Shown here one piece after another: positions 1 to 8,279 of a stretch of 64,000 bases of DNA. The stretch lies in IMG/VR virus record IMGVR_UViG_3300034044_000040, positions 21,341 through 85,340 of that record; one strand, written 5' to 3'. Position 1 is the first letter of the stretch, and every line of letters begins with the position of its first letter. The stretch comes from a virus. The notes beneath the pieces are model-generated. The model made no database searches and was not told the origin of the DNA. It saw only the letters and a program-made list of their open reading frames with translations. A program made the position numbers and the translations under genes.

Positions 1-396
1 CTGTCCCTTCTGTCGTGGGGTGGCAACACAGATATGTTTGCGGAAAGCTGGAGCTTTGACGCCGCCAATGATCTGCAACCTCGTTTGGATGTGAACGCCC
101 GCCAAGGCTATCGTGGCACTCGCATTTCTGACCGGGCTGCAACCGGTGGGTTCACACCCGAAGCACAGCTTGAGGCGGATGCCGAATTCTGGAAGGATTA
201 TCTTGCAGGCACCTCGAAGACCTTCACCACTCGTGTTGGTACCGAGCGTGGCAACATGGTCGTGCTTTTCGCACCCAACGCGCAAACCACAGAGCAGCCG
301 TATTCTGATCGGAATGGCCTTCGCACGCTTGACAAATCAGTTTCCTTCAAACGCGGCCTGAACGGGGATGACGAAATCATCTTCGTATTCTGCTAA
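1..396 (+). CDS. Tail tube (major tail) protein, C-terminal part; truncated by window start
   Basis: ORF ends at 396, just upstream of the chaperone and tape measure genes; beta-rich tube-like sequence. Confidence 0.6.
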   Translation: MSLLSWGGNTDMFAESWSFDAANDLQPRLDVNARQGYRGTRISDRAATGGFTPEAQLEADAEFWKDYLAGTSKTFTTRVGTERGNMVVLFAPNAQTTEQPYSDRNGLRTLDKSVSFKRGLNGDDEIIFVFC

Positions 397-417
397 TTGC
401 AACTGGTTGCACAAAAC

Positions 418-612
418 ATGTCCTCACCCCGCGCCATCAAGAAAAAGGTCCAGATTAAAACTTACGTGGTTTTGCTCCGGAACAACATGGCGCGGGATGG
501 GGAACCAAACAGCAGCATCATCGCTGTAAAACTGACGCGGGCCGCAGCCGAACTGGTGGCGAACAGCATCGCAGGCACTTGGATCGAGCGTCACGTAGCA
601 ACAAAAAACTGA
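418..612 (+). CDS. Small hypothetical protein
   Basis: ORF between tail tube and chaperone; ATG at 418. Confidence 0.5.
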   Translation: MSSPRAIKKKVQIKTYVVLLRNNMARDGEPNSSIIAVKLTRAAAELVANSIAGTWIERHVATKN

Positions 613-656
613 TCCACCCACCCTACAAGCCAACTGGCAGCCAAGGAGTATATAAA

Positions 657-1073
657 ATGGCAATCAAGGCACTGAACCTTCACGACGTGAAGACCGTCAC
701 CCACCCGGATGACAAGAACGACCCCACGAAATGGGAGATTGCGGTGATCGACAGCCGCGTGCTTGGTATGATCCAAGACAAGGCGACCAAACTCACGGTT
801 GATGCGGACGATCCTGACGCAGACACCGGCGTGGAGGTCAGCCAGAATGAGGTGAACTTCCTGATTGTCCAATTCGGTCTCAAGGGGTGGTCGCATTTCA
901 TCGGTGAAAACGGCGATATCGTCTATGAGACAGAGGACAAGGTGCTGGGGTCGAAAAAATACAGCATCGCCAAATCTGACATTCTTTCGTCTATTCCGCA
1001 GGATGTGCTGCAATGGCTGGCCTCTGAGATCATGAAATTGAACACCTTGTCGGTCAAAGAGGGAAAGAAATAA
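657..1073 (+). CDS. Tail assembly chaperone (gpG-like)
   Basis: AAGGAG RBS before ATG 657; located before the tape measure gene; ends in a G GGA AAG slippery site. Confidence 0.8.
   Translation: MAIKALNLHDVKTVTHPDDKNDPTKWEIAVIDSRVLGMIQDKATKLTVDADDPDADTGVEVSQNEVNFLIVQFGLKGWSHFIGENGDIVYETEDKVLGSKKYSIAKSDILSSIPQDVLQWLASEIMKLNTLSVKEGKK
1061..1067 (+). other. Programmed -1 ribosomal frameshift site GGGAAAG
   Basis: In-phase G GGA AAG just before the stop at 1071-1073; the -1 frame is open to 1480. Confidence 0.85.
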
Positions 1074-1480
1074 GGCAGGCTGTTCTGGCGCTTCGCCTGC
1101 TGCCCGACCGCGACTGCGCGACCTGCACACAGAGGCAAAAAACGGAATGGGGCTGTCATGAAGATAGTCCCATTCCAATTCTGTTTGATGATGAGGAGAC
1201 CACCCGGTGCCCTCGTTTGCCATTACATCCGGATCGTGGCGAATTGACTGGCCTTAGCGATTTGTTCTGGTATTATGGGCGCTATAAGAACAATTTACTG
1301 CCGGAAAGCGGTGGTCTGTTGGATCAGCCGGGGAAGCTCATGGAGCAGATACGGGTAATCGAGGCAGCCAACGCACACTGTGAAGACCTTGATCGTAGGA
1401 AGCGGGATGCTGAAGCCCGCAAGAACGCAAGGGGCGCGGGCACTGGCGGAAGACCGAAACCACAACCACGGCGCAGGTGA
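1061..1480 (+). CDS. Frameshift extension of the tail chaperone (gpGT-like; full product 657-1480)
   Basis: -1 frame reads GKEIRQAVLALRLLPDRDCATC... and runs into ORF 1217..1480 without a stop. Confidence 0.75.
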   Translation, partial: GKEIRQAVLALRLLPDRDCATCTQRQKTEWGCHEDSPIPILFDDEETTRCPRLPLHPDRGELTGLSDLFWYYGRYKNNLLPESGGLLDQPGKLMEQIRVIEAANAHCEDLDRRKRDAEARKNARGAGTGGRPKPQPRRR

Positions 1481-1486
1481 TCCGTT

Positions 1487-4400
1487 ATGGCTACAAATCG
1501 TGAAATCATGTTCCTGTTCAAAGCTAGAGACGCCGCCCGCGCGGTGATCAAAGGCATGGGCACCAACTTCAAGCAAGTCGGGAAGGAAACGCAGAAGACC
1601 ACGAAAACCACGGTTGAATTGGAGAGCAAACACAAGCGGCTCCGGGCCGAGATCAGCAAGCTCAAAAAATCGCAGGCACAAATCCGCAAGGCCCGCGATG
1701 AAATGAACAAATTCAAGAAATCAATCGACGGGGCCAGAAATGCGAGCCGTGGGCTTAGCTCCATCAAATTGGGTGGTCTGGTAGGTGCTGTGAGTGTGGG
1801 CCTTGTCGTGCGGGACGCGCTGAGCACATATGCCGGGTTCGAACAACAGCTTGCCGCCGTGGGAGCGGTGTCAAACGCTACAGATGCGGAACTCAAAGCA
1901 CTCACCGAGACTGCAAAAGAGCTTGGTGCCACGACGGAATTCACCGGGAAGCAGGCGGGCGAAGGTCTGGAATTTCTGGTACGTGCAGGCTTCAGCGCCA
2001 AGCAGGCGATCACCGCGCTCCCCGCCACCCTTGACCTTGCGACCGCAGCCGCGATTGACTTGGGCCGATCATCCGACATCGTGTCGAATATCATGGCGAC
2101 CTTCCAAATCCCGATTGATCAGACGAGCCGGGCCACGGACATCCTCGCCACCGTGAACAGCTCTGCCAACACAAATGTGTTGCAACTCGCTGAAGCCATG
2201 AAATTTGCAGGCCCCATCGCTTCCGGCTTCGGGGTCAATATCAATGAGACAGCCGCAGCCATCGGTGTTCTCGGAGACAGCGGCTTGCAGGGATCACTGG
2301 CTGGTACCGGTATCAGAATGGCACTGATTGACGCCAAGATGCTGGCAGCTGGAACCAACACCAGACGGGCACAGGAGGCGTTTGATAAGCTGGGTATTCC
2401 CAAGGATAAAATTGATCCCGAGAAAAATGGATTGAACGGGATGATCAAATCACTTCGGGATGCAGGTGCCACCACGGAAGACCTCGTTACCATCTTCGGC
2501 GCGCGGGCAGCCCCAGCCGTCCTGACCCTGATCCGGGGGTACGACAAGCTGAACAGCCTCACACAGAAGACCATCGACAACGTGGGTGAGAGCGCACGCC
2601 AAGCCGCCGCCATGCGTGACACTTTGCTGGGGGACTGGCGTGCACTGCGGTCCGCCATAGAGGGTGCATTCATCAAGATCGGTGAGCTTATCGGCCCTGC
2701 ACTGCGCGGGACCGTGCAGGCCGTGACCGCTATCGTGCAGGCGTTGCAGGGCGCGGAGGTGAGTTTCAAGAGATTTGAGGTCGTGGCACAAGCAACCGCA
2801 AAAGCGCTGAAGCTGGCGTTCAATTTCGTGGCACTCGTGGCCGCAGTGAAAGTTGCGTCTCTTGCGCTCAAGGGATTGAGTGTGACCATGGGTGTGGTGA
2901 CCGGAGGCGCAACCGGGGCAGCAGGGGCCTTGCGTCTTATCCCCGGTGCCCTGCGGCTCATTGGAGTAGCAATTCGCGCGGTTCCTATTCTGGGGTGGAT
3001 AGTGATCGCCGTGGAAGGCATTCAGCAGCTGATGAAGACCACCTTCAAGTGGAAGGACACGACCATCAGTGTGAGGGACGTTATGAAGACCATCTGGAGC
3101 AAGATGACTTCCTTCATCACGGGGTTTACTGACGCAGCGAAGAAACGGTTCGGAGAATTTGTGCAGGGGGTTAAGGACGCGGCTGCAAAAATAAGTGGCG
3201 CGCTTGAGCCAATCAGAACCGCATTCACTTCTGTCTTGGGGTTTGTGAAAACCACCATAAACACGCTGGTAGGAGGGGTGTTCGGTTTGGTTGAGGCGAT
3301 CCGCGTCATCCTCAGCAACCTTCCCGCCGTATTCAAGGGAGCGTTCCAGCTGGCTTTGAACGGAGCCGTGCAACTCATGGAGGACGGTCTCAATAAAATT
3401 CTGAACGGATTGAAATCCTTCCTTGGTGCGATTGACGCCGCCGTTCAGTTTGTGGGTGGTTCTTCTGATCTGGCGAGCAAGATCGGGTCTGTCGAACTGG
3501 GGAAACTCAAAGTAGAAATATCAGATGACGCGAAAGCCCTCCCCGGAAAGATCAAGCAGGCTTTCGTGGATAGTCAGCAGGATTATGTTGGGCAGATCGG
3601 AGATATCACAAAGAACGCGGTATCCAATGCAAAGGATGCGGCGCTGGGTGTCCTAACCCCGGTGCTTGATGAGACCGCCGCCCGTATCAGGGAAGCGGGG
3701 CAGTCCAAGCAAGACGACGCCAGAGCGCGGCGCACAGGTGCCACCAGCGACGTATTAACTGCACCGGTCACCCCACCCAAAGACCCGAACAATACCGGCG
3801 GAGGTGGAGGATCGTCCTCAGACAAAGCCAGCAAGCTGAAGGATATTGTCGGCGATATTGTCAACAAAAACAAAGAGACCGTGCAGCTGGCGCGGTTCTG
3901 GGGTCGTGAGCTTGACCTGCAAAAGGTGCAGCTGGAGGCGATAAACGCAGCCAAAGCCCAAGGCACCGTGCTTTCCAAGGAAGAACTTGCGACGATCCGC
4001 GAAACCACGAATGCAGCGCTGAACGCGCAGCAGGCACGCGAGATCATCAACGGATATGGTGGCCTGTTCAAGGACACATTCTCAAACGGTCTGAAATCGG
4101 CGCTGGATGAGGGCAAGCTGAATTTCAAATCATTCCTGTCCACGTTTGGGCAGCAGCTTCGCAACATGGCCATTGACAATTTCGTGAACATCATCAGCAA
4201 CAGTCTGAGCAGCCTAGGTGGCGCTGGGGGGGCCAGTGCAGGTGGAGGCGGCGGTTTTTTCGGTTCCATAATCGGGGGCCTCGGGAGCTTCTTTGGCGGA
4301 GGCGGAGGCGGAGGCGGATTTGCTTTCAAGGACGGTGGCATCATGTCATCGGCGGGTCGCATTCCCATCAACACATATTCGAAGGGTGGCATCGCCAATT

Positions 4401-4624
4401 CACCACAGCTGTCCATCTTCGGAGAGGGATCGGTACCAGAAGCATATGTCCCCGTTCCCTCCGGGCGCATCCCTGTTGAAATGAAGGGTGGTCAGGGGGG
4501 TGGAAACACGACTATACAGATGAACATCACCACCCCGGACGCCAACAGCTTCAGAAAATCGCAGCCGCAGATCATGGCTGATTTGCAACGAGAATTAAAC
4601 CGCCAAGGTAGGCGTAACAACTAA
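1487..4624 (+). CDS. Tail tape measure protein (TP901-like core)
   Basis: 1045 aa, Ala/Gly-rich helical; AKELGATTEFT and GLQGSLAGT motifs; C-terminal ITTPDANSFRKSQPQI resembles GTA-type tape measure ends. Confidence 0.93.
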   Translation: MATNREIMFLFKARDAARAVIKGMGTNFKQVGKETQKTTKTTVELESKHKRLRAEISKLKKSQAQIRKARDEMNKFKKSIDGARNASRGLSSIKLGGLVGAVSVGLVVRDALSTYAGFEQQLAAVGAVSNATDAELKALTETAKELGATTEFTGKQAGEGLEFLVRAGFSAKQAITALPATLDLATAAAIDLGRSSDIVSNIMATFQIPIDQTSRATDILATVNSSANTNVLQLAEAMKFAGPIASGFGVNINETAAAIGVLGDSGLQGSLAGTGIRMALIDAKMLAAGTNTRRAQEAFDKLGIPKDKIDPEKNGLNGMIKSLRDAGATTEDLVTIFGARAAPAVLTLIRGYDKLNSLTQKTIDNVGESARQAAAMRDTLLGDWRALRSAIEGAFIKIGELIGPALRGTVQAVTAIVQALQGAEVSFKRFEVVAQATAKALKLAFNFVALVAAVKVASLALKGLSVTMGVVTGGATGAAGALRLIPGALRLIGVAIRAVPILGWIVIAVEGIQQLMKTTFKWKDTTISVRDVMKTIWSKMTSFITGFTDAAKKRFGEFVQGVKDAAAKISGALEPIRTAFTSVLGFVKTTINTLVGGVFGLVEAIRVILSNLPAVFKGAFQLALNGAVQLMEDGLNKILNGLKSFLGAIDAAVQFVGGSSDLASKIGSVELGKLKVEISDDAKALPGKIKQAFVDSQQDYVGQIGDITKNAVSNAKDAALGVLTPVLDETAARIREAGQSKQDDARARRTGATSDVLTAPVTPPKDPNNTGGGGGSSSDKASKLKDIVGDIVNKNKETVQLARFWGRELDLQKVQLEAINAAKAQGTVLSKEELATIRETTNAALNAQQAREIINGYGGLFKDTFSNGLKSALDEGKLNFKSFLSTFGQQLRNMAIDNFVNIISNSLSSLGGAGGASAGGGGGFFGSIIGGLGSFFGGGGGGGGFAFKDGGIMSSAGRIPINTYSKGGIANSPQLSIFGEGSVPEAYVPVPSGRIPVEMKGGQGGGNTTIQMNITTPDANSFRKSQPQIMADLQRELNRQGRRNN

Positions 4625-4634
4625 GGAGATCACC

Positions 4635-5651
4635 ATGGCTTTGCTTTGGTTCGACGGATTTGATGAACTTCCTGACAGCGGGCAGGGCACATACCTGACA
4701 TCCGCCGGGTATTTGTTCGCCCTCGGTGTCAGCCACACCGTGGGTCGGGGTAACAAGGGACGTTGCGTTGACCTCACCGGGAACACGTCGCAGTTGCAGC
4801 GCTATGTCGGAAGCACCTCGGAGATATTCACAGGCTTCGGCTTCAAATACGACGGGTCGCTGGTCGTGGACAATGTGGTATCCTTCGCGCGGGATACGGG
4901 GCAGGCCATAGAGGTGGGGCTGAAGGTGCAGCGCACTTTATCCAACGGGCTTCAGCTGACCAATGAGGACGGAAGCGTCATTCACGGGCAAACTGTCGGC
5001 AATATCATCCAGCAAAATGTGTGGGCCTACCTTGAGCATCATATCGTGTTCAACGGGGTGGCATCAAAATGGGTGTGCCGCGTCAACAACCAACAGGTGG
5101 CTGACATCACGTTTGACGGTACCGGCCTCACGATGGATCGGGTGGCATTTGACAAGCAGGCGTCGGGGTCGCATTTCATTGACGACCTTTACATACTGGA
5201 CACCTCCGGGACCACGAACATTGATTTTCTCGGGGACGTATTCGTGGAAAACATTCCTCTGGCTTCGGACGCCTCGCCCATACAATTCACCCCGGTGGGA
5301 TCGGTGGTGAATTTTTCAGCGATCAATGAGACTGGGCCATCTGATGACAACAAATATACCGTTTCATCTGCGGTGGGGGCGCGGGACATGTTCAATGTTG
5401 CGGGCCTTAACATTCTCGTGGATCAGGTATTCGCAGTCATGGTTGGTATCCGGCACAGGAAGATCGGCTCCGGTGCGGTCACCGTGCGGGCGGTTCTAAA
5501 CGACGGTACTGTGGATACGCTGGGGGCTGAATTCGCACCTGATACCGATTTCAGGACCGACTTTTTGTCATTCTCTGAAACCCCGAGTGGCAGCCCGTGG
5601 ACCATCAATGATTTCAACAACATAACCGTCGGTTATGAGATCGCGAGCTAA
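4635..5651 (+). CDS. Virion structural protein (beta-sandwich, LamG-like)
   Basis: AAGGAG RBS; MALLWFDGFD start; IDDLYILD motif; C-terminal PWT..ITVG; in tail module. Confidence 0.6.
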   Translation: MALLWFDGFDELPDSGQGTYLTSAGYLFALGVSHTVGRGNKGRCVDLTGNTSQLQRYVGSTSEIFTGFGFKYDGSLVVDNVVSFARDTGQAIEVGLKVQRTLSNGLQLTNEDGSVIHGQTVGNIIQQNVWAYLEHHIVFNGVASKWVCRVNNQQVADITFDGTGLTMDRVAFDKQASGSHFIDDLYILDTSGTTNIDFLGDVFVENIPLASDASPIQFTPVGSVVNFSAINETGPSDDNKYTVSSAVGARDMFNVAGLNILVDQVFAVMVGIRHRKIGSGAVTVRAVLNDGTVDTLGAEFAPDTDFRTDFLSFSETPSGSPWTINDFNNITVGYEIAS

Positions 5652-5654
5652 CAG

Positions 5655-6875
5655 GTGGCGGAAGAGACAAGAATATTTAACGTATGGCCGAAAATACTGG
5701 GGCTTACCCGCAAATATGCGGTCGTGAGCCACCTTGTGGTCAGGACCATGCGGAAAAAATGGCCGGGCCAAATCAGCAACACGCAGCTGGCTATGACCCA
5801 GATACACGTCCGCGCGATCCGCAAGGTCAAGCAGACGTACAACAACCACCAAGAGATTGACGTGTCCGGGCTTACGGTTCGGGTTATCAGACCAAATCTC
5901 ATCGACTTCACATGGCTGGATGATATCATGTTTATGGAAAACACAGTGTTCCCCCACAATATTTCTTACAATTCTGATGGCGCGGAACTTTTTTCGACAG
6001 ACGTAAACGGGTCCGACAGTGGGCATGAGCAGCGGTTCTCAAGATGGGAAGAACCGCTCATGGAGTACAATGTGGCATATGGTGTCCGCACCATGGAGCA
6101 GCTTCACGAATTGAAACGGTTGTTCCGGGCAGTGCAGGGCCAGCGCATCGGGTTCAGGTTTCGTGATCCCATAGATTACACGTCCAGCTTCGCGATAGCT
6201 GAGGAGGCCCGTGAACCAGAAGACATCACGCCGTATGATCAGGTGATCGGCACCGGGGATGCGGTGACCAAAGACTTCCAACTTGTGAAGTCCTACGAAT
6301 ACAACGGCCAGCCTGCCATGCGCACCATCCGGAAGCCGGAGCAAGGCACCGTGGTGATCGCCGCAAACGGCGTGCAGTATCCGGACGGCACGTACACGGT
6401 CGATCATTCCACAGGCGTTGTGACCCTCGGTGCCCGCCAGACGAAAACCGTAGGGGGGACGGTCACGATGACCCGCGTGGACACGACCACGCGCACCATC
6501 ACATGGGATGACACGTCGGTGCTCGCAGGACTTATCGTAGGGGATTACGTGCAGATTTCAGGTTTCGATGACGTGCTGAACCGGGTGCCAGAGAGCGATC
6601 CTTGGGTTGTGCAGAGCATCAATGACACTACGAAGACCATAAAATTCGGCGTGGCTACCGGGAGTGACACGTCTCTTGGCGTCAACGAGGCAAAAATTGG
6701 TATGATCACGATCACCACCCTAGAAGCGCCGCCTCCGGGGTGGGTTGTGACCGCAGGTTATTTCTTCCATATACCAGTGCGTTTCACGACAGACCGGCTG
6801 CCCATCCAGCTTGAGACATATGGCGTAGGCTCCGCGAATGAAGTGAAGCTGCGCGAGATCAGAGGTGACGGGTGA
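5655..6875 (+). CDS. DUF2460 / RcGTA g12-like distal tail protein with extensions
   Basis: VFPHNISY, SGHEQRFSRW, GFRFRDPIDY, FQLVKSY, IRKP, TAGYFFHIPVRF motifs. Confidence 0.85.
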   Translation: MAEETRIFNVWPKILGLTRKYAVVSHLVVRTMRKKWPGQISNTQLAMTQIHVRAIRKVKQTYNNHQEIDVSGLTVRVIRPNLIDFTWLDDIMFMENTVFPHNISYNSDGAELFSTDVNGSDSGHEQRFSRWEEPLMEYNVAYGVRTMEQLHELKRLFRAVQGQRIGFRFRDPIDYTSSFAIAEEAREPEDITPYDQVIGTGDAVTKDFQLVKSYEYNGQPAMRTIRKPEQGTVVIAANGVQYPDGTYTVDHSTGVVTLGARQTKTVGGTVTMTRVDTTTRTITWDDTSVLAGLIVGDYVQISGFDDVLNRVPESDPWVVQSINDTTKTIKFGVATGSDTSLGVNEAKIGMITITTLEAPPPGWVVTAGYFFHIPVRFTTDRLPIQLETYGVGSANEVKLREIRGDG

Positions 6876-7723
6876 TGGCAACGACGGATGAATTTTTTAA
6901 CGCGCTGCGCAGGCCACACGCAGGCGTCTGCATGTGCTGGGAGGTCATACCCACGGGGGGTGGCACTACCTTGCGGTTCACCAACCATGACAAGCCGGTC
7001 ACGGTGAGTGGCAACACGTTTACACCCTCAAGCTCATTCTCTGGATCGGCGGTGACAGGGCGCGAGGGCCTGAGCGTGGATAACCTCACCATCGCGGCCC
7101 TGACCTCAGAAGACATGACGGAGGAAGACCTGCTCGCAGGCGTATGGGATGACGCAGAGATTTTCGTGTATCTCGCACATTGGGATCACCCGGAGTACGG
7201 GCTTCATATCCTGAAGCGCGGATGGCTTGGTGAGGTGAAGACTACGGGGACCGCATTTGAAACGGAAGTGCGGGGACTGGCGGAGCGCCTTCAGAGGGTG
7301 CTTGGCAAGACGTACACTATAGAATGCGGTGCACAGCTGGGAGACGCCCGGTGCAAGGTGGACCTCACGCCGTTCACACATGACGCCAATGTGGTTGGGG
7401 TGGTTGACGCCAGAGTATTCAAGACGGACATCCCGCAACCGGATCGCTATTTTCAATATGGAACTGCACAATTTTTGACCGGCAACAACGCGGGCCGTAA
7501 GGTGGAAATTCTCGGGCATCAGAACCGGTTCGATGGCAACTGGATCACGCTGTTGGAAAAAATGCCGTTCCCTATTTCCCGCGACGATACGGTTCGGTTG
7601 GTGCGTGGTTGTGATAAACTGTTTTCCACCTGCCGGGATGATTACAACAACGTGCTCAACTTCAGGGGTTTCAAAGACATGCCAACGGAAGCGGAAGCAC
7701 TCGAAACTCCAATTGCGAGATAA
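6872..7723 (+). CDS. DUF2163 / RcGTA g13-like baseplate hub
   Basis: FTNHD, GLSVDN, CGAQLGDARCKVDL, GCDKLFSTC, NFRGF motifs. Confidence 0.9.
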   Translation: MMATTDEFFNALRRPHAGVCMCWEVIPTGGGTTLRFTNHDKPVTVSGNTFTPSSSFSGSAVTGREGLSVDNLTIAALTSEDMTEEDLLAGVWDDAEIFVYLAHWDHPEYGLHILKRGWLGEVKTTGTAFETEVRGLAERLQRVLGKTYTIECGAQLGDARCKVDLTPFTHDANVVGVVDARVFKTDIPQPDRYFQYGTAQFLTGNNAGRKVEILGHQNRFDGNWITLLEKMPFPISRDDTVRLVRGCDKLFSTCRDDYNNVLNFRGFKDMPTEAEALETPIAR

Positions 7724-7729
7724 CGGGAT

Positions 7730-8275
7730 ATGACACACCATCCGCTGACACAATTGCCCAAGGCGATACTGCACGCGACGGACAAAACCGCGACAGGTTT
7801 GGAGGTGGTGGAGTGTGCCCGCACCTATATAGGGACGCCCTATGGGGATTATGGCCGCAAGAAAGGGTTCACCATGGATTGCATAGGGTTGCCCCTGACG
7901 GTTGGGCATGAGCTTGGCATATTTCACGGTGACTTTGACAGATATTCTCCGACCCCGAAACAGAGATACGCCATGGATGTGGCGGATGGGCACATGGGCG
8001 ATGTTATCTGGACCCGGCCAGGATGGCCTGATAAGCCGGACTGGTATGCAGACTTGCAACCCGTTGCAACGCAGGCTGGCGATGTGGGCCTTTTTTGGTT
8101 TTCAAACCGCGCGGAGCCACAGCATTTTGCGATATTCGGGGTACATCCCCTCACCGGTGGGCCAACGATGATACATGCGCATTCTCGGTATAAAAAATGC
8201 GTAGAGGCCACGATGGATGAATTTTGGGCACGGCGGTTGGTGCGCACTTACAGGTTACCAAACGTGAAAGGATGA
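7730..8275 (+). CDS. NlpC/P60 tail peptidase (RcGTA g14-like)
   Basis: ARTYIGTPY, DCIGL catalytic Cys, HFAI, MIHA. Confidence 0.9.
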   Translation: MTHHPLTQLPKAILHATDKTATGLEVVECARTYIGTPYGDYGRKKGFTMDCIGLPLTVGHELGIFHGDFDRYSPTPKQRYAMDVADGHMGDVIWTRPGWPDKPDWYADLQPVATQAGDVGLFWFSNRAEPQHFAIFGVHPLTGGPTMIHAHSRYKKCVEATMDEFWARRLVRTYRLPNVKG

Positions 8276-8279
8276 CGAT

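Noticed and set aside
4215-4320. GGC/GGA-rich low-complexity repeat
   Set aside because: Encodes an ordinary glycine linker in the tape measure protein
1324-4470. Long minus-strand ORFs (also 7106-8059, 18999-19790, 26198-26923)
   Set aside because: Antisense shadows of well-supported + strand genes with no recognisable motifs
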